DNA from: Pseudomonadota bacterium
Lineage (GTDB): Bacteria > Bdellovibrionota > FAC87 > UBA2466
NCBI GenBank assembly: GCA_043718025.1
Contig: JAYSWN010000068.1
Span: forward strand, 74,771 to 138,770
Length of the DNA: 64,000 nucleotides
Direction of reading: 5' to 3'
Positions 40,213 to 49,557 of this stretch are shown here, in pieces. The position numbers and the translations under genes were made by a program. Numbering within the stretch: position 1 is the stretch's first letter; every line of letters begins with the position of its first letter. Below the pieces are notes generated by a model. That model saw only the letters and a list, made by a program, of their open reading frames with translations. It ran no database searches and was not told the DNA's origin.

Positions 40213-41718
40213 ATGGGCTCGACGACAAAACCTTCTCTAAAGACACAGCTTTTGGAAGAAATTGATGTCGCTATTCGGGAAGGGCGAAAAGACGATGCGC
40301 GCAAATTACTGCGCGCAAATTTTTCGGAGCGGTCAAAAATACCAAGACCATCGCTCTCCCGAATCGCCAATCTGCTTCGCCGCTCCGACATGCCAATGTC
40401 AGCCATCTTTGCGTTGAATCCTGTCGTACGGCCGAGTTCCCGTTCCCCATCTCAAGCCACCGACGGCGAGAGGCTCGAATACGCAGCTTCGCTCATTAAC
40501 ATTGGGGCGCCGGAGGAGGCGTCAGGGATATTAAGCAGCGTGGACGCTTCTAAAAACCCCGATACTTGGCTATTTCGCGCCTTTGCGTCAGTGGCCAAAT
40601 GGGATTATGCGGGTAGCATCGGTGAGTTGAAAGCCTATCTCTCGGTAGCTACGCTTGCTCCTTACGCCCAGTTAGTCGGCAGAGCCAACCTCGTGGCCGC
40701 GTTGATTGCGGAAGACAAGAACGTCGAGGCCGATGAAGTGTTAATTCCGCTTTTGGCAGCCACGAGAGAACAAAAGCACGAGTTGCTTCACTCTTCCGCC
40801 ATGGAGCTTGCCGCGCGTAACGAATTTAGCCGACAACGATGGGACGCTTTCGACGCGAGATTGGCCGAGATGACCTTGCGGCAATCTTCCTTAGATTCAT
40901 TTCAACGGTTCATCATCAAAAAGTGGTCAGTTTTGAAAGGCGTTATTCAAAGCAAGGGCGAGCCCGAAGCACTACTCGCCTTGCAGGAGTTAAGGCAAGA
41001 AGCGGAGACAAGGGGGCACTGGGAAACCGTAAGGGACTGCGATCGCTATTTTGCTACTACACAAAAAAACTTTCCACTTTTTACACATCTCTTTTTTGGC
41101 ACCGAATCTGCGATCTATAGATCAAAGCTGCATACCGCATGGACCGGACATCCTAAATTACCGAGCCACTACGAGTGGCATTTGCTTGTGAAAAAGAGTT
41201 CACCGGTTCTACGGCTTGAGACCGGAGAATGGGCCGGCAAAAGTCACTGCATTAAAATTGGGCAGTTGACCCAGCGAACCTTTCAGGCCTTTTGCAGTGA
41301 CTTCTATCGGCCGCTTCGATTGGCAAGTTTGCACTTTCGCCTCTATCCGAAAGAATATTTCAACCCCCACTCTTCGCCCGATCGCGTGCACCGGGCGATT
41401 CGATTGTTTCGAGAATGGTGTCGGAGTCATAGAGCCCCTTTTCTCATCCAAGAAGCAAATCACAACTATTCATTAGGCACCGCAAAACCCGTTGCCATTG
41501 AGGTGGCGTCTCCAGATTTGGTTCGGGACAATGTGGGAGCAAAACTCTTGTTGCTGCAAAAAAAAATGGGGGCAGAACAGTTTACGATCGAAGAGGCTAC
41601 GGCGACGCTAAAAATTTCTCGCAGTGCTTTGCACCGTCTGTTTCGGGAAGCGATGGCAAAGGGCTCTATTCAACGGCAAGGAAATGGCGCGGCAACGGTG
41701 TATAAAATTGCGGCCTAA
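40213..41718 (+). CDS. Putative transcriptional regulator: helical TPR-like N-terminus plus two winged-HTH-like segments
   Basis: OmpR-like segment RLYPKEYFNPHSSPDRVHRAIRLFREW; C-terminal wHTH FTIEEATATLKISRSALHRLFREAMAKGSIQRQGNGAATVY; GGAGG RBS. Confidence 0.7.
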   Translation: MGSTTKPSLKTQLLEEIDVAIREGRKDDARKLLRANFSERSKIPRPSLSRIANLLRRSDMPMSAIFALNPVVRPSSRSPSQATDGERLEYAASLINIGAPEEASGILSSVDASKNPDTWLFRAFASVAKWDYAGSIGELKAYLSVATLAPYAQLVGRANLVAALIAEDKNVEADEVLIPLLAATREQKHELLHSSAMELAARNEFSRQRWDAFDARLAEMTLRQSSLDSFQRFIIKKWSVLKGVIQSKGEPEALLALQELRQEAETRGHWETVRDCDRYFATTQKNFPLFTHLFFGTESAIYRSKLHTAWTGHPKLPSHYEWHLLVKKSSPVLRLETGEWAGKSHCIKIGQLTQRTFQAFCSDFYRPLRLASLHFRLYPKEYFNPHSSPDRVHRAIRLFREWCRSHRAPFLIQEANHNYSLGTAKPVAIEVASPDLVRDNVGAKLLLLQKKMGAEQFTIEEATATLKISRSALHRLFREAMAKGSIQRQGNGAATVYKIAA

Positions 41719-41787
41719 TTATGCACGTCCTGCGGTGGCCGGACAAAAAACTGTATCTATGCGTTCGATTTAAGTGGAGCAGAAACG

Positions 41788-41823
41788 AAAAGAGCCTCTA
41801 CCGTAACGGAAGAGGCTCTTTTT
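41788..41823. terminator. Bidirectional intrinsic terminator
   Basis: AAAAGAGCCTCT...AGAGGCTCTTTTT between convergent genes. Confidence 0.85.
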
Positions 41824-41848
41824 AACAATTTGAAAGTGGACCTTAAAA

Positions 41849-42178
41849 CTACCAGCGGCCGCGCGTTCTGATAACCGTTCTGCTGTGATAAGAGTGGGTC
41901 GGTACTGTGTAGTACGTCTGATAAACAGGGTACGTGTATAGAATCGGCGTCGGTTGGTAATACACAATCGGAGCCGGTTGATAGTAATAGATAGGAGCTA
42001 CTGGAACGTAGTAGCCGCCGCCGTATCCGCCCCCGTAACCACCGCCACCATTTCCTGAATTGATATTGATGGTTCCACTGTTGTTGTTAAAGCTGTTGTT
42101 GTATTCCTGCGCGAAACTCGGAGAGCTCACGAGAAAACCGACCATAAAGAAACAAGCAAACATAATATTTTTGATCAT
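41849..42178 (-). CDS. Small secreted Asn/Gly/Tyr/Pro-rich protein
   Basis: Signal peptide ending SFA; (GGGY)n then PxxY repeats; RBS present. Confidence 0.75.
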   Translation of the reverse strand: MIKNIMFACFFMVGFLVSSPSFAQEYNNSFNNNSGTININSGNGGGGYGGGYGGGYYVPVAPIYYYQPAPIVYYQPTPILYTYPVYQTYYTVPTHSYHSRTVIRTRGRW

Positions 42179-42244
42179 TTAAATTCCCTTCCTTTGACTC
42201 AGCGTATAATTGTCATAAGCTTTTTTTCTTGGCAAGAGGCTAAA

Positions 42245-43315
42245 TTGAAAAATCGACTCAACAAAGCAGTATTTATCGCGTTGGCGCTTGGAACTTTTTT
42301 TCTATTCTATCGACGTAACCAAAGTGAAACTGTGGACGAGAAGTTGTCCACAGTTTCGTCCGCCCCTTTGGCCAAAACCGATCGGGTGCAGGCTTTGATT
42401 CGATTGCCGCGCGCTACACCAAAACCGGTGGAAACGGCCGCGCTCGTCAAGGCCGACCCCATTTCACCCGAGTGCCGAACGCAGTGGAAACTGCTTAATG
42501 ATTTAAACCTACAAAGGTATCTCGATAACCCCGAGTCGCTACCGGCTGAGCTTGCCGTTAATAAACAGTGCAACAACCTCCCAAAGAGTTTCGCCACACC
42601 AACCGAGATGCTTAAGAACGGTTGCAAGCCCGGCGATGCCTCGGCCCCTTTGAAGTCGCGCGAATTGCAGCACCAGACCTGCTACCAGGCTCTGGTGATT
42701 TATCGCGCCATGATTGCTGACTTTGATAGTCAGAATCTATCAGCGGATCAGATAAGCGATCCGCGTCTGCTCTCCGACAAACTCATAGCCAATCTATTTA
42801 AGAACCTGACCGACGGCCTTCCTTATGCCGAGCGTCTTTTGGTGATTGAGCCAAATTTCGCACCCGCCGCCAAGATTGCCGCCGTGTTGCAGTTGGTTTC
42901 TGCCGATACAAAAACGGGAATTGGCACTATGGAAACCGCAAAAAGTTCGTTGGAGAGAGCCGAACGACTGGATAATTCTGACCCAAGATTCTATTCAATG
43001 CTTCGTGATTCGGTGGAGATGGCGGCGGCTGATTCAGTCGCTATGCAGATTGAAGTGGCAAAGAAACAGGCTCACGCGCAGGAGGGCACGGCCAACGCGG
43101 CCTTTCTTTCTTCATTCGTGGCTTTTAAAGAAGGGCGATTGGCAGAGGCCTCTCAGCGGTTAGCCGACGCTCTTCGAGCTGACCCAAATAATATTGATTA
43201 TCAGGCGACACAAAAAGAGCTGCAGGAGCTGATAGAAAAGCGGGTTAAAAACCCTGCTGAGCAAAGGATATATAGCCATTCTTATCCTTTGGACATCACC
43301 AAGCTAATTCCATGA
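42245..43315 (+). CDS. Membrane-anchored hypothetical protein with C-terminal TPR-like repeats
   Basis: N-terminal TM segment; ALRADPNNIDY and LLVIEPNFAPA TPR-type ends. Start moved to TTG 42245 (GAGG upstream). Confidence 0.65.
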   Translation: MKNRLNKAVFIALALGTFFLFYRRNQSETVDEKLSTVSSAPLAKTDRVQALIRLPRATPKPVETAALVKADPISPECRTQWKLLNDLNLQRYLDNPESLPAELAVNKQCNNLPKSFATPTEMLKNGCKPGDASAPLKSRELQHQTCYQALVIYRAMIADFDSQNLSADQISDPRLLSDKLIANLFKNLTDGLPYAERLLVIEPNFAPAAKIAAVLQLVSADTKTGIGTMETAKSSLERAERLDNSDPRFYSMLRDSVEMAAADSVAMQIEVAKKQAHAQEGTANAAFLSSFVAFKEGRLAEASQRLADALRADPNNIDYQATQKELQELIEKRVKNPAEQRIYSHSYPLDITKLIP

Positions 43316-43349
43316 GAAAGAGCCTTAAGAAAAGGGCGCTGAGGTTAAC

Positions 43350-44144
43350 CTACGGTTTCTTCGTATAGGTGATAGCCCCAGATTTCGAAGTTGCGACCTC
43401 GCTGTCAGCCTTTGGGTTTTCAAAAAAAATGGAACCGTTGTTCGTGGCGGCCTCAACTAGAGTGCCATGCTGATTCACCACCCGGATCTCGCCGTTATTC
43501 ACCTTGGCGCTAATCGTGCCCAAACCATTTTCTGCAACAATGTCGCCGTTGGAGGTCGTCAACGAAAGAGGCCCTTCAAAATCGACTACTCTAAGCGTGC
43601 CGTTGGCGGCTTGAATTTTTCCTCCCCCCATTGCGGTAAGCCCGTTGGTCATGATGTCACCGTTACTGGTCGTTGCCGTTAAAACTCGCCCCTCGGCTAG
43701 ACTCCCCGCAAATCGCCCCAAAATAGAAATTTCGCCATTTTGAGTGGTGATGGACAGATTTTTTAAAAGGCGCTGAGGAATTGCGATTTCCAACTTTACA
43801 GAACGAGCCGGTGGTAAGGCGTCACCGGGGCCGAGCACGATAATGTCATTCGTGGCCGTCTTTGGGGGGTAAAGCACCTTAATGCTGGCTTCTTCAGTGC
43901 CAAAGCCCTCTACCGCGACGCTAAATTTATCTTTATGCTTTGTGGTGGCCCTAACTTCCACTTTATCGGTGGTGGACTCCCGTATTTCGCATGGGCCATC
44001 TCTGTTTTCCAGAGCGAGCGAAAAGATCTGCTTCTCTACAAAACTGTGTTCCAGCGGTTTCTGTGCTTCAACCTCAAGGATTTGGGCAAACACAGAAGAG
44101 GTTAGTACTGAAAGTGACCACAGGATGATTCGTTTAGTGTTCAT
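43350..44144 (-). CDS. DUF4097-like beta-strand repeat secreted protein
   Basis: Signal peptide; repeated T(S/Q)NG(D/E)I units. Start set at ATG 44144. Confidence 0.8.
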   Translation of the reverse strand: MNTKRIILWSLSVLTSSVFAQILEVEAQKPLEHSFVEKQIFSLALENRDGPCEIRESTTDKVEVRATTKHKDKFSVAVEGFGTEEASIKVLYPPKTATNDIIVLGPGDALPPARSVKLEIAIPQRLLKNLSITTQNGEISILGRFAGSLAEGRVLTATTSNGDIMTNGLTAMGGGKIQAANGTLRVVDFEGPLSLTTSNGDIVAENGLGTISAKVNNGEIRVVNQHGTLVEAATNNGSIFFENPKADSEVATSKSGAITYTKKP

Positions 44145-44366
44145 AACGAACCGGCATAGCAAGAAAAGGGCGCATAACCAATGACTATCAGCATTATTTT
44201 TAAATAATGGGTCTGCCGTGGACAAATCTGAAGATAAGGCATTTAACGCGAGACCGTTTCTTTTCTTACCCTTTATTTGTAAGTTTTTCCTGATTTGTCA
44301 TCAGCCCGACTCGCTAGCTACTTTTTTCCAATCTTTAAGAGTAAAATTTCTGCCGGAGGTGGTGAG

Positions 44367-45650
44367 GTGATAGGGCAATCGTGGGGGCGGCGTTCGCGCC
44401 TACCGCAAAAACTGCTCCCTATTTATTGGCGTGACGAAGATTGGTTTCGTGACGTGGCTTTGCCAAAGCGCCTTCCGCGCGGAGCTGGTCGTTCTTACGG
44501 CGACCTTTGTCTAAACACTCAAGGGATATTGTTACAAACCCAGGGGCTTAACCGTTTCCTCCACTTTGATGAAGAACGCGGTACGATCACCTGCGGCGCC
44601 GGTCTTACCATCGGTGAAGTTCTTGCGGTTACCATGCCGCGGGGGTTTTCGTTCTTCACTTGTCCCAACTCAATCGGTATCACGGTGGGCGGGGCCGTCG
44701 CTGCTGACGCTCACGGCAGAAATCATTACTCTCAGGGCTCTTTTGGAAACCATATTGAATCATTCGAATTAGTTCGCACTCATCAAGGCTCTGTTGTCTG
44801 TTCGGCAGAGGAGAATTCTGAACTGTTTCACGCGACGATAGGTGGTCTGGGACTGACTGGAGTCATCACGTGGGTAAAGATTCGTTTAAAACCAATTGCT
44901 TCAGACTACGTGGAAGGCGAGAAAAAAAAGGTAGAGAGCATCCACGATGGGATACGCCTGCTTTCTGAATGGCACGAGAAATATGAGTACGTTTGTTTGT
45001 GGTGGGATCTCTACTCGAAAAGTCGCGGGGTACTAGTAGGGGCGAACCATGCCGCGAGAAAAAGTGTTGAAGCTACGGGGCGATTTTATTCGCGTCTCTC
45101 GGTACCTTTTGATTTTCCACGTTTTTTGATCAATCGGCGATCGATGAAACTCTTCAACAAGGCTTACTATTTATTCAAACGAGACGCTTTGTTTCGACGG
45201 CCGCTGAAGAACTACCTCTTTACTCTTGACCAGCTAAAAAACTGGAACCGACTGTTTGGTCGTCATGGTTTCATGCATTTCCACTTTGTGATTCCGCGAA
45301 GAAACGAGAACCAAGTGCCAGAGATTCTCGAGCAGATGCGCGCTGATGGAGAAACCCCTGCTCTGTGTATTATCAAACGTTTTGGTGAGGTTCCCGCACG
45401 GGGCGCATTGTCTTTTCCTATCCCGGGCATCATGGTGGCCACCGATTTTAAATTTTGCGGTCAACGAACCGTCGCGGCCTTTCGGCGTTGGGAAAAAAGT
45501 GTCATCGCTTTGGGGGGGCGCCTCTATTTAGCTAAAGATTTAGTACTTACTCCCGACGGGTTTAAAACCAGCTACCCAAACTGGAATTCCTTTGCCACCT
45601 TTAAAGATCCACTTTTTTCTTCAGATCTTTGGGAGAGGCTAATGCCGTGA
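44367..45650 (+). CDS. FAD-binding oxidoreductase, DprE1-like
   Basis: SWGR, RGAGRSYGD, TVGGAVAADAHGRNH, ATIGGLGLTG, GGRLYLAKD and FSSDLWERL motifs. Start set at GTG 44367. Confidence 0.85.
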   Translation: MIGQSWGRRSRLPQKLLPIYWRDEDWFRDVALPKRLPRGAGRSYGDLCLNTQGILLQTQGLNRFLHFDEERGTITCGAGLTIGEVLAVTMPRGFSFFTCPNSIGITVGGAVAADAHGRNHYSQGSFGNHIESFELVRTHQGSVVCSAEENSELFHATIGGLGLTGVITWVKIRLKPIASDYVEGEKKKVESIHDGIRLLSEWHEKYEYVCLWWDLYSKSRGVLVGANHAARKSVEATGRFYSRLSVPFDFPRFLINRRSMKLFNKAYYLFKRDALFRRPLKNYLFTLDQLKNWNRLFGRHGFMHFHFVIPRRNENQVPEILEQMRADGETPALCIIKRFGEVPARGALSFPIPGIMVATDFKFCGQRTVAAFRRWEKSVIALGGRLYLAKDLVLTPDGFKTSYPNWNSFATFKDPLFSSDLWERLMP

Positions 45651-46351
45651 AAGCAAAAAACGCTCTAGTTTTCGGCGCCAGTTCACAAATCGCCCTCGAA
45701 CTTTGTCATGAGTTGGCTAGGGGCGGAACCCGGTTAACAATGATTGCCCGAAGCGCAATGCGCCTAGAAGAGATTGCTAATGATTTGAGAATTCGTTACG
45801 GGGCATTGGTCCAATGGCAGCCCGAAAGCGACGAGGCGCTAGGTCAAGGCTTAGAGCGGCTAGATGCTTTTGACCTAGTTGTTGTGGCGTACGGCGTGTT
45901 GGAAGGGCCTTTGGCGACTTTGATCGAAACTAACCTGACCAAAGTTGTTTTGCTTCTTTCGCAAATTGTCGCTCAGGCCGATTCTGAGAGACCACTTTCG
46001 ATTCTGGTGTTTAGTTCTATAGCGGCCGACCGTCCCAAGGAAAGAAATCTGGCTTACGGTGCGGCGAAGGCCGGGCTAGATTTTTACTTAGCGGGCGTGA
46101 GAGAGCAATGTCGGGCTACAAAAATTAAGATCATAACGGTGAAACCTGGGGACACTTTCAGCCCAATGACTCGCGGACGAAACCTTATCTTTCCTTCAAA
46201 TGCCACCGACGTGGCACGTTCTTTAATTGACCGATTCCCGCTGTCTCCCGGTACTGTTTATTCGCCCCGGTTTTGGGGACCGATCATGACCGCAGTGCGA
46301 ATGATGCCAAGGTGGTTATTTCGTATTACGGAAAGGTTTCGCCGGATTTAG
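45647..46351 (+). CDS. Short-chain dehydrogenase, DprE2-like
   Basis: VFGASSQIA, SSIAADR, YGAAKAG and VKPG motifs; GTGA overlap with the DprE1-like gene. Confidence 0.8.
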   Translation: MKAKNALVFGASSQIALELCHELARGGTRLTMIARSAMRLEEIANDLRIRYGALVQWQPESDEALGQGLERLDAFDLVVVAYGVLEGPLATLIETNLTKVVLLLSQIVAQADSERPLSILVFSSIAADRPKERNLAYGAAKAGLDFYLAGVREQCRATKIKIITVKPGDTFSPMTRGRNLIFPSNATDVARSLIDRFPLSPGTVYSPRFWGPIMTAVRMMPRWLFRITERFRRI

Positions 46352-47856
46352 TACAATTTGAATTCCTCGCAACCCGCCTGTCGTGGGGCGAAAAGGCTTA
46401 AGGATTCGGTCGTTGGCTTGCAGCCGTACTTCGTTAATTCGACTTCCCACTTGGGCCACGATGAAACGGGTGATTTGAAATGGGTTACCACCAGATCGAA
46501 TTCATGAAAGTTTTTGACTTGGTCTGCAGTTAGCTCATCTTTCGTGCTTAGGGCCCACGTAGAAATAGACGCGTTTTTCTTTTTTAAAGTCAAATTGTGT
46601 GGAAAATTCTGGGTTTTAGTACGCTTAGAGTCCAACTGGTAACCTTGCTTTAATGCGAGCCATTTTATTTGCTCTAATATTATCCAGTCTTCGATCACGA
46701 ATCCAACCCTCTTTCCGCTCCCGAGCGAGCTCATTTTGGAGTTCATGAGTGTTTCTCGGTAAAGGTACCCCTCCTTTAGTCCTCGCCAAAAAAGTGGAGC
46801 GATACTAATTGAGGATATGAACCGTGCCCCGTCGTGTGAATAGAAAACCGAGTTGGCTCGCGGTAAAATATACTGCGCGCAGAAGCAGAATACGGCCGCG
46901 GCGGTGAGAACTACGCGAAACCAACCCTTCTGTTGCGTGAGGTAGCGCAAACCTTGCAATGCAAGTAACGCGAGAAAGGGGATCGCATACAGAAAATATT
47001 TGGGGGTAGTATAAGTGGGGAAATAAGCGGCCGCGATTGGTACGAATGCCAGCAAAACAAGAAACAGAATGCGCCGTTCTTCCGGTTTGATTCGCGATGC
47101 AAACACACCTAAACAAAGAGAAAAGGAAATTAGCCAAGTAAAAACCGAAGCAAGGGATTGTTGAGCTAAAGTCCAATGCAAAAAACCATTTCGATGATGT
47201 ATTTGGTACTCATTAGACATATTCAATAGAAATGCGGGGTTTCCCATCGAAAATAAGAGAAGAAGCAGAAAAGTGCCCGCCGCAAGAGGTACATCGTCTC
47301 TCGAAATTTTTCCCCAGGCTATAGCAATAAACAAGATCGCCGGGGCCAGCAACACGGCATCGATACGAATCCAAATCGCAATCGCTAGAATCAAGGCGGC
47401 CAACAGATTAAGGTACCGCTGGGCATACGATGCCAGCAACGCTGACGATAGGATAAAAGGTGCCGCCAGCATGTTTGAATTGGCGTAGTAGCCAGATACA
47501 TAGACTTCTTGAAAGAGGAGCAGCACCAGACCGCATTCGGCCCAAGGCCTTTTTGTAAGTCTAGCGATGAAGGTGGCGGCGACAAAAATGAAGGCTACAC
47601 AAGCCAGTGCCGTGAGCGCTCCGTACACCGTCAAAATATTTTGCCCCGTCATTTTAGAGAAGACTTTAAGAAGGACGTAGGTGCCGCGAAGATTTTTGGC
47701 CTGGTAGCCAACATCGATTCCGATTTGGCCGGTCATTTGCATTTGGGCGGCGTTCGCTACGGCAAGATCATCGCCCTCCACCGCCACCAGTGGGTAGAAT
47801 CCAAGGACAATGTAGGCCAGTAAAACGATAAATAGCACTGGCGCCAATCGCTTCAT
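46348..47856 (-). CDS. Polytopic membrane protein, GT-C glycosyltransferase-like
   Basis: EGDD acidic motif after TM1, about 11 TM segments, IRID and PKYFLYAIPF motifs, soluble C-terminal tail. Confidence 0.55.
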   Translation of the reverse strand: MKRLAPVLFIVLLAYIVLGFYPLVAVEGDDLAVANAAQMQMTGQIGIDVGYQAKNLRGTYVLLKVFSKMTGQNILTVYGALTALACVAFIFVAATFIARLTKRPWAECGLVLLLFQEVYVSGYYANSNMLAAPFILSSALLASYAQRYLNLLAALILAIAIWIRIDAVLLAPAILFIAIAWGKISRDDVPLAAGTFLLLLLFSMGNPAFLLNMSNEYQIHHRNGFLHWTLAQQSLASVFTWLISFSLCLGVFASRIKPEERRILFLVLLAFVPIAAAYFPTYTTPKYFLYAIPFLALLALQGLRYLTQQKGWFRVVLTAAAVFCFCAQYILPRANSVFYSHDGARFISSISIAPLFWRGLKEGYLYRETLMNSKMSSLGSGKRVGFVIEDWIILEQIKWLALKQGYQLDSKRTKTQNFPHNLTLKKKNASISTWALSTKDELTADQVKNFHEFDLVVTHFKSPVSSWPKWEVELTKYGCKPTTESLSLFAPRQAGCEEFKLY

Positions 47857-47975
47857 GGACTAAGAGTAACACGGCCTAATATAAATTCACCGGTCGTCAG
47901 ACTGGGCTTGGCGCAACTTTAGCGGTTCGTGAGCGGTGAGGGTGGCGTTTGCGTTGAAACCATTAATGGCTGTTT

Positions 47976-48281
47976 TCAGTTTTGCCCAGGGATTTGAAAT
48001 AGGTTTCCTGCCTTTTCCACCGGCGACGCGCTTTTTAAATCAGTCTTGGCCGAAGTCTCCCGCTGGTTAATGTGGGCCTGGCAGGGTTGCGAGAGATCTT
48101 TACCGTGGTCGTGCAGGCACTTATGAACGGCGGTCTTCGCGCTGTCTCCGCAATGAGTTTTAACGTCTATTTGGCAGGCCTCGGCCACCGGAGCGGCCGG
48201 CAAATTGAGAGTTGGTTTCTTCTCGGCGGCCAGTGCCGTGGTGGCTAGAAGGCAAACGGTAAATGCAAAACGAATCATCAC
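47976..48281 (-). CDS. Small secreted cysteine-rich repeat (GLG1-like) protein
   Basis: Signal peptide; C..D....C...CL..H...LS..C pattern. Confidence 0.7.
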   Translation of the reverse strand: MMIRFAFTVCLLATTALAAEKKPTLNLPAAPVAEACQIDVKTHCGDSAKTAVHKCLHDHGKDLSQPCQAHINQRETSAKTDLKSASPVEKAGNLFQIPGQN

Positions 48282-48336
48282 TACCCCCTCAAAGGAGACA
48301 TCCTACTTTCTGCTAGAATAGAGGGCAACTTTTTCG

Positions 48337-49554
48337 GTGGGGGATGACACTGTGCGCTGCTTACTAATTGGGGTTTTGATTCTGGGGCTGGAATCGACGG
48401 TTTTCGCTTACGACGCCAAGCAGGTGGTTTTGGTAGACGTTTCTATCGAAAACGCGGTGTTCGAAAGCAACACTCGAGATCGCAAGCGATGGGAAGTAGA
48501 AGTTCGCGACCAATTACACTTTTTAGTTTCACAGTTGCGTCCCTACCGTGCCACCCCGGCTCTATTTCACACGCTTTCAATAGAAATAAAAAAAGTTGCG
48601 AAGGGCAATCACGCTACGAATCGCGTCGAGTACTCAGCAAAACTACTAGCGAGCTGGCGGCGAGACCAAGGTTTTCCGGTCAGCCTATCTGTGGTGCTTC
48701 CGCTACGTGCCGACGCCGAAGGTTTATCGGCTTTTGAGAAAAATTATGGGGAACTGTGCGGACACGCGCCACTTTGGTATTACTACACTCCCACGAAACC
48801 CGGTTGTGTCCTTGCCAATCAAACTCCCGATGACGCGCAGCGCATCGTCATTGATGCCAATGTCTCCGAAGTGAATACTTCGGGAAAGTACCCAGAGTAC
48901 GAAAAAATTTGGGAAGACGGCCGACTGGTCATCACCCACGTTATGGGGAATACCAAAGCGCGCTCAAATGGTGAAGCCGCCGACGATGAACTTCACCGGA
49001 ACATTGCCCAAGAATATTCAAACGTAAGGCACACCGAAACCGATAACTTTAGCCACGTGACTCAGACCAGCACCTTTTACACGGGGGCGGGCCAAGTTCA
49101 GCTTAGGACCATGCGCATTCTTGACGGCAATGTGCAGGGGGTGAATGAAAAATTTAGAAATCAGTTTACGGATTATCAAAAAGATTCCGACGTGATCAGC
49201 TACAACGGCCACGCGGGTCTTGGAGAAAACGTGCGGGCATTTTTGCGGATGGTTAGACCCGCGCCAGGGAAATATTCGATTTTGTGGATCAATGCCTGTG
49301 TGCCGTTTGCCTACTTTGATGACTCAGCCATCGACGCCTTTAAAATCGCCAATCCTGGGGTAGCCTGGTCAAAATATTTAGATATGCTCATCGTTAGTGA
49401 AGTGGGCACTTTTGCCGAAGTAAAAGACATTCAGGACTTGATCCGAACGCTGCCTACGAAGGCGCTACGATTTACCGAGTTGACCCCGAGCATGATGAAC
49501 TACGCCCCGGTGGTAATCGGCGAAGAGGACAACGCTTGGCCTAAACCGTTTTAA
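48337..49554 (+). CDS. Secreted hypothetical protein with a clan CD-like His/Cys dyad
   Basis: Signal peptide ending VFA; ISYNGHAG and ILWINAC motifs. True start may be GTG 48352. Confidence 0.6.
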   Translation: MGDDTVRCLLIGVLILGLESTVFAYDAKQVVLVDVSIENAVFESNTRDRKRWEVEVRDQLHFLVSQLRPYRATPALFHTLSIEIKKVAKGNHATNRVEYSAKLLASWRRDQGFPVSLSVVLPLRADAEGLSAFEKNYGELCGHAPLWYYYTPTKPGCVLANQTPDDAQRIVIDANVSEVNTSGKYPEYEKIWEDGRLVITHVMGNTKARSNGEAADDELHRNIAQEYSNVRHTETDNFSHVTQTSTFYTGAGQVQLRTMRILDGNVQGVNEKFRNQFTDYQKDSDVISYNGHAGLGENVRAFLRMVRPAPGKYSILWINACVPFAYFDDSAIDAFKIANPGVAWSKYLDMLIVSEVGTFAEVKDIQDLIRTLPTKALRFTELTPSMMNYAPVVIGEEDNAWPKPF

Positions 49555-49557
49555 AAG

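Noticed and set aside
40011..40406. 131-aa minus-strand ORF spanning the divergent promoter region
   Set aside because: Overlaps the regulator antisense and runs across promoter elements; no protein features.
41774..41786. 13-mer GTGGAGCAGAAAC also found on the minus strand beside motif copy 1
   Set aside because: The motif core is absent here and the site is next to a terminator; treated as chance.
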